From assembly GCA_963826115.1 (NCBI GenBank), contig CAWGVS010000011.1, positions 96,001 through 160,000 on the forward strand: a DNA stretch of 64,000 bases, read 5' to 3'. Made by a program: the position numbers and the translations under genes. The DNA comes from an uncultured Candidatus Rokubacteria bacterium. Lineage in GTDB: Bacteria > Methylomirabilota > Methylomirabilia > Rokubacteriales > DASRDR01. Within the stretch, counting starts at the first letter, position 1. Each line of letters opens with the position of its first letter. The notes under the pieces were generated by a model. It did no database searches. It was given only the letters and a program-made list of their open reading frames with translations, and was not told the DNA's origin. Below are positions 9,483 to 18,935 of the stretch, one piece after another.

Positions 9483-10460
9483 ATGCTGATCCGAATTCCG
9501 GGACCGAACGACCCGCGGCCGTCCGAGATCACCCCGCGCGGCGTGTACGTGAACCGCCGGGCCTTCATGGCCGGCGCCGCCGCCGCCGTGGGGGCCGTGA
9601 CGCTGGCCGGCTCCGAGGCGACGACGGAGGCCGCCCTCAAGCCCGCGGCGAAGGGGCAGCCCCTGACCGCGGCGCGCAACCAGGGACTGAGCCTGGCCGA
9701 TCCGCCGACGCCGTGGGACAGCGCCACCACGTACAACAACTTCTACGAGTTCGGCACCGACAAGTCCGACCCCGCGCTGAACGCGCACACCCTTCGGACC
9801 CGTCCGTGGACGGTCGAGGTGGGCGGGCTCGTCCAGAAGCCGAAGACCTTCGACATCGAGGAGATCATGAAGCTGGCGCCCCTCGAGGAGCGCGTGTACG
9901 CCCTCCGCTGCGTCGAGGGCTGGTCGATGGTGATCCCGTGGATCGGGTATCCCCTGTCGGCTCTGCTGAAGCGAGTCGAGCCCACCAGCGCCGCCAAGTA
10001 CGTGGAGTTCCTGACGCTCGTCGACCCCGAGCAGATGCCCGGCACCAAGCCGAGCTTCTTCGGCTCGTCGCTCGACTGGCCCTACGTGGAGGGGCTCCGG
10101 CTCGACGAGGCGATGCACCCGCTGGCCCTCCTCACCGTGGGCATGTACGGGGTCGTGCTGGCGAACCAGAACGGCGCGCCGCTCCGGGTGGTGGTGCCCT
10201 GGAAGTACGGGTTCAAGAGCGCGAAGTCCATCGTGAAGATCCGCCTGGTGTCGGAGGAGCCGAAGACCAGCTGGAACAAGGCGGCGGCGAACGAGTACGG
10301 CTTCTACTCGAACGTCAACCCGAACGTGGACCACCCGCGGTGGAGCCAGGCGACCGAGCGGCGGATCGGGGAGTTCCGGCGCCGCAAAACCCTCATGTTC
10401 AACGGCTACGAGCAGGTCGCGTCGCTCTACACGGGAATGGACCTCAAGAAGAGCTACTAG
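9483..10460 (+). CDS. msrP: Periplasmic protein-methionine-sulfoxide reductase, Mo catalytic subunit
   Basis: SEITP, Tat signal [22 protein letters not shown] (Mo ligand Cys), [26 protein letters not shown] lies before ATG 9483. Confidence 0.96.
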   Translation: MLIRIPGPNDPRPSEITPRGVYVNRRAFMAGAAAAVGAVTLAGSEATTEAALKPAAKGQPLTAARNQGLSLADPPTPWDSATTYNNFYEFGTDKSDPALNAHTLRTRPWTVEVGGLVQKPKTFDIEEIMKLAPLEERVYALRCVEGWSMVIPWIGYPLSALLKRVEPTSAAKYVEFLTLVDPEQMPGTKPSFFGSSLDWPYVEGLRLDEAMHPLALLTVGMYGVVLANQNGAPLRVVVPWKYGFKSAKSIVKIRLVSEEPKTSWNKAAANEYGFYSNVNPNVDHPRWSQATERRIGEFRRRKTLMFNGYEQVASLYTGMDLKKSY

Positions 10461-10476
10461 GCGAGGGAGCGGCGCC

Positions 10477-11046
10477 GTGGCGCGGATCGAGGGGGTGCGG
10501 GCGAGCGATCCGGGCGACGAGTACGTCCAGAAGATCCTGGCCGCCCAGGCCAAGCACTGGGGCGCGCCCCTCCTGAACCACCTCGTCTACGCGCGCCGGC
10601 CGTCCATCTTCCGCGGGGCGCGCGGGATGTGGACCGGGATCGACGCCTCGGGGCTGATCGACGAGGCGCTCAAGGCCCTGGTCAACCGGCGCGTGGCGTC
10701 GCTCAACCGCTGCGAGTTCTGACAGGACCTCAACGCTGCCGTGGGCAGCGCCCTCGGGGTCTCGGACGAGAAGATCCTCGCCCTCGGCGAGTACGCGACG
10801 AGCGCGCTGTACGACGAGGCCGAGCGGGTGGCGCTCGAGTACGCCGACGCCATGACGCTGACCCACCGCGAGGTCGACGACGCCCTCTTCGCCCGCCTGC
10901 GCCGGTCCTACGACGACGACGCGATCGTCGAGCTCACCGCGGTGATCGCCTGGGAGAACGCGTCCAGCAAGTTCAACCGGGCGCTCCGCGTGCCCTCGCA
11001 GGGATTGTGGCGTCGGCCCGGCCCGCCGGCCGCGGCGGGCCCGTAG
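10477..11046 (+). CDS. AhpD/carboxymuconolactone-decarboxylase-like selenoprotein (UGA at 10720-10722 read as Sec, CxxU)
   Basis: ORFs 10477..10722 and 10741..11046 share one frame. Read-through gives KALVNRRVASLNRCEF-U-QDLNAAVG...ERVALEYADAMT...IVELTAVIAWENASSKFNRAL, a complete AhpD-like protein with UGA at the second Cys of CxxC. Confidence 0.88.
10723..10752 (+). promoter_or_regulatory. Candidate bacterial SECIS hairpin
   Basis: CGCTGCC-GTG-GGCAGCG stem-loop. The apical loop begins with G, 18 nt after the UGA, within the described bacterial SECIS spacing. Confidence 0.7.
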
Positions 11047-11068
11047 CCACCCCGGGACCGGTTGCGGT

Positions 11069-11719
11069 ATGACCCGACGGTGGCGCATCGGGCTGAAGGT
11101 CGTCGTGTGGGCGGGGTGCCTCGCCCCGCTGGTCGCGCTCCTCTGGCGGCTCTACGCGGACCCGCTCGTGACGAATCCCATCGACGTCGCGACGGACACC
11201 CTCGGGGACTGGACGCTCCGGCTCCTCCTCCTCGCCCTCACGATGACGCCGCTTCGCCTCCTGTTCGGGCTGTCCTGGCCGGTGACGCTCCGGCGCCTTC
11301 TGGGCCTCTTCGGCTTCTTCTACGCGTGCCTGCACTTCGGCGTCTGGCTGGTCGTCGACCACTTCTTCGACTGGCCCGAGATGGCCAAGGACATCGTGAA
11401 GCGTCCGTACGTGACGGTGGGCTTCACGGCGCTCGTGCTGCTCCTGCCGCTCGCGGCGACCTCGACGGCGGGGATGATCCGGCGCCTCGGACCGGTGGCC
11501 TGGCGACGGCTGCACCGCCTCGCATACGTGATCGGCGTGCTGGGCGTGCTCCACTACTTCTGGCTCGCGAAGGTCGGCGTGCGGGGGCCGTACTACTACG
11601 CCCTGTGGCTTCTCGTGGTGCTCTCCGTCCGGATCGTGGACGCCGTCCGGCGCCGGCTGCGCGCGCGGCGACGGACTCTGGGCCCGGTGCTCGCACCCGG
11701 TCCCGCGCGACCGGCCTGA
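11069..11719 (+). CDS. msrQ: Heme-binding membrane subunit of MsrPQ
   Basis: LAMTPLR-like segment, RRLLGLFGFFYACLHF, KRPYVTVG, LAATST, WRRLHRLAY, LHYFW. Confidence 0.95.
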   Translation: MTRRWRIGLKVVVWAGCLAPLVALLWRLYADPLVTNPIDVATDTLGDWTLRLLLLALTMTPLRLLFGLSWPVTLRRLLGLFGFFYACLHFGVWLVVDHFFDWPEMAKDIVKRPYVTVGFTALVLLLPLAATSTAGMIRRLGPVAWRRLHRLAYVIGVLGVLHYFWLAKVGVRGPYYYALWLLVVLSVRIVDAVRRRLRARRRTLGPVLAPGPARPA

Positions 11720-11818
11720 GGCGCTCGCCGTCGCCCGGGCCGCCTCCCCTCGCGCGGGCGCTTGTGCTACCGTGATCGTCGCTCGGCCGGGTGGTCCTGA
11801 GCGGCCGGAGGGGGGACG

Positions 11819-12082
11819 ATGGTGAGAGGCTTCCTTGCGGGATTCGTGGCAGGCGCGACCGTCGTGTGGTTCTTCCGCGACGATATCCAGGCTTACTTCG
11901 ACGAGCAGGCGCGGCTGGCCCGCGTGAGCACGGCCGACCGCCTCCACGCGGTCGAGGAGACGGCCGAGCGGGTGTTCGATCGCGCGTCCGGGCCGATCCG
12001 GCGCGCCGAGGAGATGCTCGACCACGGCAAGGCGCAGGTCAGCGAGACCCTGCTCGCCGCCGAGCGCACCATCCGTCCCTAG
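11819..12082 (+). CDS. Small membrane-anchored protein (YtxH-like architecture)
   Basis: N-terminal GFLAGFVAGATVVWFF followed by a helical charged tail; RBS GGAGGG. Confidence 0.65.
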   Translation: MVRGFLAGFVAGATVVWFFRDDIQAYFDEQARLARVSTADRLHAVEETAERVFDRASGPIRRAEEMLDHGKAQVSETLLAAERTIRP

Positions 12083-12091
12083 TCAGGCTTC

Positions 12092-12170
12092 GGGGTCAGG
12101 CCCGGAGTTTGGGTTTCCCGCCGGCGGCCGCCGGCGCAGGGCCCGGATATCAAAACTAAGGCCTGACCCC
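12092..12170. repeat. GGGGTCAGGCCC inverted-repeat element, copy 2
   Basis: GGGGTCAGGCC...GGCCTGACCCC between convergent genes, with an extra half-unit GTCAGGCTTC directly upstream. Confidence 0.8.
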
Positions 12171-12175
12171 CGAGT

Positions 12176-13096
12176 CTAGGTCCGGAGGCGGGGGTCCATC
12201 GCGTCCCGGACCGCGTCGCCGAAGAGGTTCAGCCCGAAGACCGCCACCGCGATCGTCGCCCCGGGGAAGATCGCGAGCCACGGCGCGTTCCGCATGTTCT
12301 TCTGCGCCTCGTAGAGCATGTTGCCCCACGTGGGGCGCGGCGGGGCCTCGCCCAGCCCGAGGAACGACAACGCCGCCTCGGCCAGCAAGACCTCCGCGAA
12401 GTACAGGCTGCACTGCACGATCACCACCGAGAGGCAGTTCGGCACCACCGTCCGCAGGATGAGCCGGCGGGCCGACGTGCCGAGGGCGCGCGAGGCGGTG
12501 ACGTACTCCTGCGCCATGACCGACAGCGCGATCCCCCGGGTCATCCGCGCGATGCGCGGGAAGTACACGACGCTGAGCGCGATGACGATGCTCCGGCCGC
12601 CCGTTCCGAGCGCGGCGCCGACGGCCACCGCCAGGAGCAGGGCCGGGAACGACATCAGGACGTCGAGGGCCCGCATCAGGAGGCCCGCCACGCGCGGCGG
12701 CGCCGTCGCCCCCAGGATGCCGACCAGGACGCCGGGGACCCCGGCCAGCAGGATCGTGAGGGCGCCGATCGCCAGGCTGAAGCCTGCACCGTGGACCACG
12801 CGGCTGAAGACGTCGCGCCCCAGATGATCGCTGCCGAACCAGAATGCCGAGCCGGGCGGCGTGAAACGCTGCGAGACGTTCATGCGGACCGGGTTCTGGA
12901 GGGGGAAGTAGGGCGCGAGGAGCGCCATCACGACCAGGCCGAGCACGATCGCGGCGCCGACGACCGACAGCGGATTCCGGCGCATCCATCGCCGGGCGCG
13001 CGCCCACGCGGAGCGCCGCGGCAGCAGGGCCGCCGCGAGGGCCGTGTGCGCCTCGCCCGGCGCCGATGTTTCCATCGCTGCGCCCGGACCCGGCAT
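12176..13096 (-). CDS. Peptide/nickel ABC transporter permease (DppC/OppC-like)
   Basis: FGSDHLGRDVFSR, EAA loop EYVTASRALG, AEAALSFLGLG, NLFGDAVRDAMDPR. ATG 13096 overlaps the upstream stop (TGATG). Confidence 0.92.
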   Translation of the reverse strand: MPGPGAAMETSAPGEAHTALAAALLPRRSAWARARRWMRRNPLSVVGAAIVLGLVVMALLAPYFPLQNPVRMNVSQRFTPPGSAFWFGSDHLGRDVFSRVVHGAGFSLAIGALTILLAGVPGVLVGILGATAPPRVAGLLMRALDVLMSFPALLLAVAVGAALGTGGRSIVIALSVVYFPRIARMTRGIALSVMAQEYVTASRALGTSARRLILRTVVPNCLSVVIVQCSLYFAEVLLAEAALSFLGLGEAPPRPTWGNMLYEAQKNMRNAPWLAIFPGATIAVAVFGLNLFGDAVRDAMDPRLRT

Positions 13097-14049
13097 CAGC
13101 TCGGGCGGAGCCGCGGGTCGAGGTAGGTGTACAGCACGTCGACCAGCAGGTTCACCAGCACGTAGACCACCGCCACGTAGAGGATGAGGCCCTGGATGAC
13201 CGGCAGGTCCCGGTTGTACAGGGATCGCACGACGAGCTGCCCCACGCCCGGCAGCACGAAGACCGTCTCGATCACCGCGCTCCCGCCCAGCAGGATCCCG
13301 ACGTTGATGCCGATCACGGTGACGATGGGGATGAGGGCGTTCCGGAGCGCGTGGCGCATCAGCACGACGCGGTCCCGCAGCCCCTTCGCCCGGGCGGTCC
13401 GCACGTAGTCCTGGCTCAGCACCTCCAGCATGCTCGAGCGCGTGAGGCGGGTGAGCAGCGCCGTTAGGTAGGTGCCGAGGGAGAGGCTCGGCAGGATCAG
13501 GAACGGGATCGCCTTCCAGACGCCCTCGGTGATCGGCTCGTAGCCGATGATCGGCAGAAGATCGAGCCACAGGGAGAAGAAGATGATCAGCATGAGCCCC
13601 AGCCAGAAGCTCGGCAGGGAGAGGCTCACCAGGGTCAGGAGGCGCGCGACGTGGTCGATCCAGCTGTTCCGGTACGCGGCCGACAGGAGGCCGGCGGGGA
13701 CGCCGATCGCGACCGAGAAGAGGAGGGCGAGGCCCACGAGAGCCAGCGTCGTCGGCATCCGCCAGACGAGCTCCTCCGACACTCGGGTCTTGTTGTAGAG
13801 CGACTGGCCGAGGTCCCCGCGGGCGATCTGCGCGAGCCACTCGAGGTAGCGCACGTGGAGCGGCCGGTCCAGGCCGAGCTGGTGGCGCAGCTCCTCCACC
13901 GCCTGGGGCGTCCCTTCCCCGCCCATGATCACGAGCGCCGGGTCGCCCGGGATGACGTGGACGAGCGCGAAGGAGAGGACGCTCAGCGCGAGCAGCATCG
14001 GGACGAGCGCGACCAGGCGCATCAGGACGAGCCGGATCAGGGGATGCAT
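13096..14049 (-). CDS. Peptide/nickel ABC transporter permease (DppB/OppB-like)
   Basis: IPGDPA, LGLDRPL, DYVRTARAKGL, HALRNALIP, YTYLDPRLR. Confidence 0.95.
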   Translation of the reverse strand: MHPLIRLVLMRLVALVPMLLALSVLSFALVHVIPGDPALVIMGGEGTPQAVEELRHQLGLDRPLHVRYLEWLAQIARGDLGQSLYNKTRVSEELVWRMPTTLALVGLALLFSVAIGVPAGLLSAAYRNSWIDHVARLLTLVSLSLPSFWLGLMLIIFFSLWLDLLPIIGYEPITEGVWKAIPFLILPSLSLGTYLTALLTRLTRSSMLEVLSQDYVRTARAKGLRDRVVLMRHALRNALIPIVTVIGINVGILLGGSAVIETVFVLPGVGQLVVRSLYNRDLPVIQGLILYVAVVYVLVNLLVDVLYTYLDPRLRPS

Positions 14050-14130
14050 GGCTAGACGGGCGACGGCCTCACCGGGCGCGGGGCGGTCCGTCTCCCGGGG
14101 CCGCGACCGCCGGGCTCCGCGCGGCGGCCC

Positions 14131-15069
14131 TCACGACGCGGCCGCGAAGGCCTTCTGGAGCGATCCCGCCATCTCGTCGAGCGCCGTCCGCGCCTTGTCG
14201 AGGATGTGCGTCATGCGGACGAAGCCGTGGAACATCCCGGTGTACCGCGTGAGCGTGACGGGGACGCCGGCGTCGCGGAGGCGGGCGGCGTAGGCCTCGC
14301 CCTCGTCGCGGAGCGGATCGTGCTCCGCGGTGATCACCAGCGCCGGCGGGAGTCCAGCGAGGCTCGGCGCGCGGAGCGGGGAGGCGTACCGCTCGAACCC
14401 CTGCGCTTCGCGGGCGAGGTAGTGGTTCCAGAACCAGCGCATCGCCTCACGGGTGAGCACGTAGCCCGTCGCGTTCTCGACGTAGGACGGTGTGTCGAGG
14501 TCGAAGTCGGTGACGGGATAGATGAGGAGCTGATGCACCAGCGCGGGGCCGCCGCGCTCGCGCGCCATCAGCGCGGCCACCGTGGCCAGGTTCCCGCCCG
14601 CGCTGTCGCCGCCGATGGCGACCCGGCGCGGATCGATTCCGAGCCGCGCGGCGTGCGTCACCACCCAGTCGAGCGCAGCGTAGGAGTCCTCGGCGGCCAC
14701 CGGATACTTGAACTCCGGCGCCAGCCGGTAGTCCACGCTCAGCACCGAGCAGCGAGCCGCGTTGGTCAGCGACCGGCACAGCCCGTCGTGCGTGTAGAGG
14801 TCGCCGATCACCCAGCCGCCGCCGTGGTAGTAGACGAGCGCCGGATGCGGCCCGCGCCCGCCCGGGGAGTACTCGCGCACCACGATCTCGCCGCTCTTCA
14901 CGGGCACCTTGTGGTCGGTCACGGACGCCACGTCCTCGAAGGGGCCGAGCGCCGCGGTGCGGGCGCGGATCGACTCGCGCGCCTGGGCCGGCGTGGACGC
15001 CTCGACGGGTGGGAGGTTCAGAGCTGCCATGGCGTCGACGACGCGCTGGGCCTGGGGATCGAGTGACAT
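14131..15069 (-). CDS. HSL-family (family IV) alpha/beta hydrolase esterase
   Basis: HGGG oxyanion motif, GDSAGG nucleophile elbow, DPLRDE, HGF; start MSLDPQ. Confidence 0.93.
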   Translation of the reverse strand: MSLDPQAQRVVDAMAALNLPPVEASTPAQARESIRARTAALGPFEDVASVTDHKVPVKSGEIVVREYSPGGRGPHPALVYYHGGGWVIGDLYTHDGLCRSLTNAARCSVLSVDYRLAPEFKYPVAAEDSYAALDWVVTHAARLGIDPRRVAIGGDSAGGNLATVAALMARERGGPALVHQLLIYPVTDFDLDTPSYVENATGYVLTREAMRWFWNHYLAREAQGFERYASPLRAPSLAGLPPALVITAEHDPLRDEGEAYAARLRDAGVPVTLTRYTGMFHGFVRMTHILDKARTALDEMAGSLQKAFAAAS

Positions 15070-15092
15070 GACGGCCTCCGAGGGCTCTGGGG

Positions 15093-15692
15093 TCAGGCGG
15101 GCGCGGCCCCCGCGGCCGCGCGTGGCCGCAGGAGCTTGACCCGGGCATCGTGGAGCTGCTGATGGAGCGGCGTCCGCTCCCGGACCGTCATCGGCGTCTG
15201 CTCGGCGAGCCCCGTGTGGAGCTCGACGAACGCCGGTCCTTCGGCCCGGAGGAGGTCGGGGAGCCGGCGCTCGAAGTCGCCCAGGTCGTCGAGGGCCGTG
15301 GCCAGCCGGTAGCCGGCGCCCCGCGCCATCATGACGAAGTCGACCGAGAGGCCGCCCGGGATCCCCTGCGCCCCCGACGTGTGATAGACGCCGTTCCTGA
15401 AGAGGAAGTGCACCAGGTTGCGGGGCGCCGCGCCCGCCACGGTGGCGAGCGACCCGAGTTGCATGAGGAGCGACCCGTCGCCGTCCAGCACCAGGACGCG
15501 CCGGTCGGGGCGGGCGAGGGCCATCCCGAGGCCGAGCGACGAGGCGCCGCCCATGAAGCCGACGCAGGTGACGGACAGATCGTCGGGCGCGATGGTGCGC
15601 CACGCCGGCGCCGTCGTCATGGTGGGTACGACGATCGCGTCGCCGCGGCAGGTGGCGATCGCGCGCAGCACGTCCTCCGGCTTCATCGCCAT
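15093..15692 (-). CDS. ThDP-binding decarboxylase beta subunit (ComE / phosphonopyruvate decarboxylase C-half-like)
   Basis: GFMGGASSLGLG and the ThDP motif DGDGSLLMQLGSL...NGVY. Confidence 0.85.
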   Translation of the reverse strand: MAMKPEDVLRAIATCRGDAIVVPTMTTAPAWRTIAPDDLSVTCVGFMGGASSLGLGMALARPDRRVLVLDGDGSLLMQLGSLATVAGAAPRNLVHFLFRNGVYHTSGAQGIPGGLSVDFVMMARGAGYRLATALDDLGDFERRLPDLLRAEGPAFVELHTGLAEQTPMTVRERTPLHQQLHDARVKLLRPRAAAGAAPA

Positions 15693-15702
15693 GGCGAGGT
15701 CC

Positions 15703-16263
15703 TCAGGCCGTCGGGAGCCCGACCAGCACGACGGCGGGTCCCCGGCGCGCGCGGCTCAGACGGTAGTACTCCGGGATGAGGTGCACGTCGTTCGGGCCCT
15801 CCAGGCGGGCGTGGGGCACGCCGAACGTGTCGAGGAGGGGCTCGCAGTAGCGCACCATCGAGTGCCGAGACTCGCGCGGGTCCTTGTCCTTCTCGCGGCT
15901 CAGGAGGCCGATCATGTAGAACATGGGGACCCGGCCGTCCATCGCGACCCCGCGGAGCGTGTTCACCGATGCGTAGAGACCGGCGTGCTGGATCATCAGC
16001 ACCACCGGCTCGCCGCCGACGTGGAGGCCCGCGGCGATCGCCGTCGCCTCGTCCTCGGTCGCGCAGGTCACGACGCGGATGGAATCCTCCTTGTCGAGGG
16101 CGGCGAGCACCGTCTTCTGGTGCGTGTCGGGCACGCTCAGGATCCAGCCGAGGTGCGTGTGGACGGGCGGCACCGCGTTCTCCGCCGCCAGCGCGGCCCT
16201 CGCCTCGCGGAACGTGTCCTTCAGCGTGTCGATGATGAGCGGGGCCGGAATGGACTCGGGCAT
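15703..16263 (-). CDS. ThDP decarboxylase alpha subunit (ComD-like, Pyr domain)
   Basis: SVPD, catalytic-Glu region TEDEATAIAAG, IQHAGL...NTL. Confidence 0.8.
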   Translation of the reverse strand: MPESIPAPLIIDTLKDTFREARAALAAENAVPPVHTHLGWILSVPDTHQKTVLAALDKEDSIRVVTCATEDEATAIAAGLHVGGEPVVLMIQHAGLYASVNTLRGVAMDGRVPMFYMIGLLSREKDKDPRESRHSMVRYCEPLLDTFGVPHARLEGPNDVHLIPEYYRLSRARRGPAVVLVGLPTA

Positions 16264-16369
16264 CAGGTCTCCCGCGATGGCGGGGAGCTCACCCGCCGGG
16301 ATTCGTCGGTCCGCCCGGGCGCCCGCGCGAGATCGCCTCGCGGGGCGCCCGGGTCTCGATCACGGACGG

Positions 16370-17944
16370 CTACTTCGAGACGCCCCAGACGCGAGCGTAG
16401 CCCGCGGCCCAGTGGGTCCAGCCCTTGACGTTCTCACGCCACGCGGCGACCTGGGGCACGTACACGGTCGGATAGTACGGCAGGTCGGCGCGGCGAAGCT
16501 GCTCGAGCTGCGCGTAGATCTTGGCGCGGTCCTCGGCCTTCGTGGCCTTGCGGCCCTCCTGGCAGAGCCGGTCGTACTCCGGGTTGTTGTAGCCGGCCTG
16601 GCTCGACTTGGACTCGTTCGTCTGGCAGTAGTACACGTCGGCGTCCGGGCGCGGCGTGAGGCCCGAGTAGAAGAGCTCGAACTCGCCCTTGTTCCAGACC
16701 TCCTGGAGCGCCGCCGACTCCAGCGTCTTCACCTCGACGTTCATCCCGGCCGCCTGGAGCTGTGCCTGGATCACGACCGCGCCCTGGGCGATCCGGTCCG
16801 GCACCAGGTGGGCCGTCAGGACGACCTTCTCGCCCTTGTAGCCGGCCTCCTGCATGAGCTGCTTGGCCTTCTGGACGTTGACCTTCGCGAACGGGTCCTG
16901 ATCGTGCACGGCGCCGTGGAACGGCATCCCGGCCGGGAACCCGGCCGCGACGGGCTTGCCCTGGCCGCCGGTCGTCGCCTTCGACAGCTCGTCCTTGTCG
17001 ATGGCGAAGCCGACCGCCTGGCGGAGCTTCGGGTTCGTGAACGGTCCCCGCTTGAACCCGAAGCGCAGGTCGTCGAACGCGATGCCGGGCTTGGAGACGA
17101 CCACGAGCCCTGGCTTGCCCTTCATGCGCGCCACGTCCTCGACGTTCAGCTCGATGGCGATGTCGACGTCGCCCTTCTCGATCGCCGCCGCGCGCACCGA
17201 GCTGTCCGGGATCGGGATGAAGTCGACCGTCTCGACCAGGGCGACCTTCTTTCCGGCGAGCCCGGAGGCCGGCCGCGTGTCCGCCACGTAATCCTTGAAC
17301 TTCTTCACGCGCAGGTACGCGTCCTTCTTCCACTCCACGAACTCGAACGGGCCCGTGCCCACCGGCTTCGTGATGGCGCCGCCCTGCTTCTCGACCTCGC
17401 CCTCGGGGTAGATCACCACCGGGCAGATGACGTTCGCGAGGTTGGCCAGGAAGACGCCGGACGGCGCGTTGAGGGTGATGCGGACCGTCGAGGCGTCGGT
17501 GGCCGCGAACTCCTTCACGAGGGCCTTGAATTCCGCCGACCGGCAGCCCTGGTTCATCATCCGGTTCAGCGTGTACGCGACGTCCTTCGCGTCCATCACC
17601 TTGCCGTTGTGGAACTTGACGCCCTTGCGCACCGTGATGGTGTAGACGAGGGCGTCCGGGCTGATCGTGGCCTTGTCGGCCAGCATCGGCTGTATCGACA
17701 GGTCCTCGCCGAGCGTGTAGAGCATCTCGTACACGTTGAGGAGCGCGACCCGGCTGACGTAGTGGGTCGTCAGGTGCAGGTCGACGTTCGAGGTGTCGCC
17801 CTGGAGGGCGACCTTCAGGTGGGTGGCCTGCGGCGAGGCCGGGGGCGCGGCGGCGAGCGCCACGCCGAGCACGAGCGCCAGCGCCGCGCCGACGCGGGCG
17901 CTCGTCGAACGGAGTCCGTGTCCTGTCGACCGCTTCGATCGCAT
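16370..17944 (-). CDS. ABC transporter substrate-binding protein, family 5
   Basis: Signal peptide; YTITVRKGVKFHNG, PVGTGPF, KLRQAVGFAID; RBS GGAGGAG. Confidence 0.93.
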   Translation of the reverse strand: MRSKRSTGHGLRSTSARVGAALALVLGVALAAAPPASPQATHLKVALQGDTSNVDLHLTTHYVSRVALLNVYEMLYTLGEDLSIQPMLADKATISPDALVYTITVRKGVKFHNGKVMDAKDVAYTLNRMMNQGCRSAEFKALVKEFAATDASTVRITLNAPSGVFLANLANVICPVVIYPEGEVEKQGGAITKPVGTGPFEFVEWKKDAYLRVKKFKDYVADTRPASGLAGKKVALVETVDFIPIPDSSVRAAAIEKGDVDIAIELNVEDVARMKGKPGLVVVSKPGIAFDDLRFGFKRGPFTNPKLRQAVGFAIDKDELSKATTGGQGKPVAAGFPAGMPFHGAVHDQDPFAKVNVQKAKQLMQEAGYKGEKVVLTAHLVPDRIAQGAVVIQAQLQAAGMNVEVKTLESAALQEVWNKGEFELFYSGLTPRPDADVYYCQTNESKSSQAGYNNPEYDRLCQEGRKATKAEDRAKIYAQLEQLRRADLPYYPTVYVPQVAAWRENVKGWTHWAAGYARVWGVSK

Positions 17945-17964
17945 CACCGTCTCCTCCCTGGTTG

Positions 17965-18780
17965 TCACCAGCGGATCTCGCGCTGCACCGGCAGCCGGTG
18001 CTGGTCCTGGCGCCCCTCGATCGGCCAGGCCCGGAACTCGTCGAGCCAGACCAGCATCTCCTTCATGATCGCGTCCGCGATCCGGCGGCCCTTCTCGCGG
18101 GTGGCCTTCGTCGGGTCGCCGTGGACGCCCGTCTTGGTCCAGCGCCCCCAGAAGTCGTTGAACCGCACGTTCGTGGTGCTGTCGGAGGTCATCGTCCGCC
18201 CGACCCGGTCGGTGTCCTGCACGGCCTTGTCCATCTGGACCCGGTCGGCGGCGTAGTGCAGGTAGAGCGAGGTCTCCCATTCGTCGGCGTGCGCGTAGAC
18301 CCCGCTCTCGAGCCCCCGGAGGCTGTCGTCCCGCCCCATGTTGTAGTAGCCGAACGCGCAGCAGATGGCCGGGGTCTCGAGCACCACGCGGCGCGCGATC
18401 AGGTCGGCCATCGGCATGTTCGAGCCGTGCCCGTTGACGACGGCCATCCGCCGGAAGCCGTGGTAGGCGACGCTCTTCAGGACGTCCACGGAGAAGTCGA
18501 TGAAGTGCTGAGGCTCGACGTGGATCGTCCCCGGGAAGTCGAAGTGGTGCATGTTGAGCCCGTAGGGGATGCCGGGCAGGACGAGGACCTTGTCGGGCGC
18601 CCGGCGGCCGAGCTCCTGGCACACCGATTCGACCAGGAACAGGTCGGTGTCGAGGGGCAGGTGCGCTCCGTGCTGCTCGGTCGAGCCGGTCGGCAGGATG
18701 ACGACCTTGCCGAGCTCGATCGCGTCGTTCATCTCGGGCCAGGTGAGCTTGTTGTACTCGAAGATCTCGCGCGCCTTCAA
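17965..18780 (-). CDS. Creatininase / mycofactocin MftE-family amidohydrolase
   Basis: PTGSTEQHGAHLPLDTD, HHFDFPGT, NGHGSN, HADEWETS, GVHGDPTKAT. Likely TTG start at 18780 with AGGAGG RBS. Confidence 0.92.
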   Translation of the reverse strand: MKAREIFEYNKLTWPEMNDAIELGKVVILPTGSTEQHGAHLPLDTDLFLVESVCQELGRRAPDKVLVLPGIPYGLNMHHFDFPGTIHVEPQHFIDFSVDVLKSVAYHGFRRMAVVNGHGSNMPMADLIARRVVLETPAICCAFGYYNMGRDDSLRGLESGVYAHADEWETSLYLHYAADRVQMDKAVQDTDRVGRTMTSDSTTNVRFNDFWGRWTKTGVHGDPTKATREKGRRIADAIMKEMLVWLDEFRAWPIEGRQDQHRLPVQREIRW

Positions 18781-18935
18781 CGGACCTCCTGGATGTCGGA
18801 CGTGGTGTCGGGCCGGAACCGGTCTCGGAAGCCCGCTCAACTCTAGCGGAGGGCCGCGGCGCGGACAAGAGGGGTGAGGCTTCCGGGCGCATTCGGACGC
18901 GCGGCCGCGTCCGTCCTGAGGTAGGATGAGCGCCC

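Noticed and set aside
10477-11046. Two separate small genes or a nonsense pseudogene
   Set aside because: The TGA falls exactly at the redox Cys position, the frame is preserved and a SECIS-like hairpin follows, so Sec read-through explains it better.
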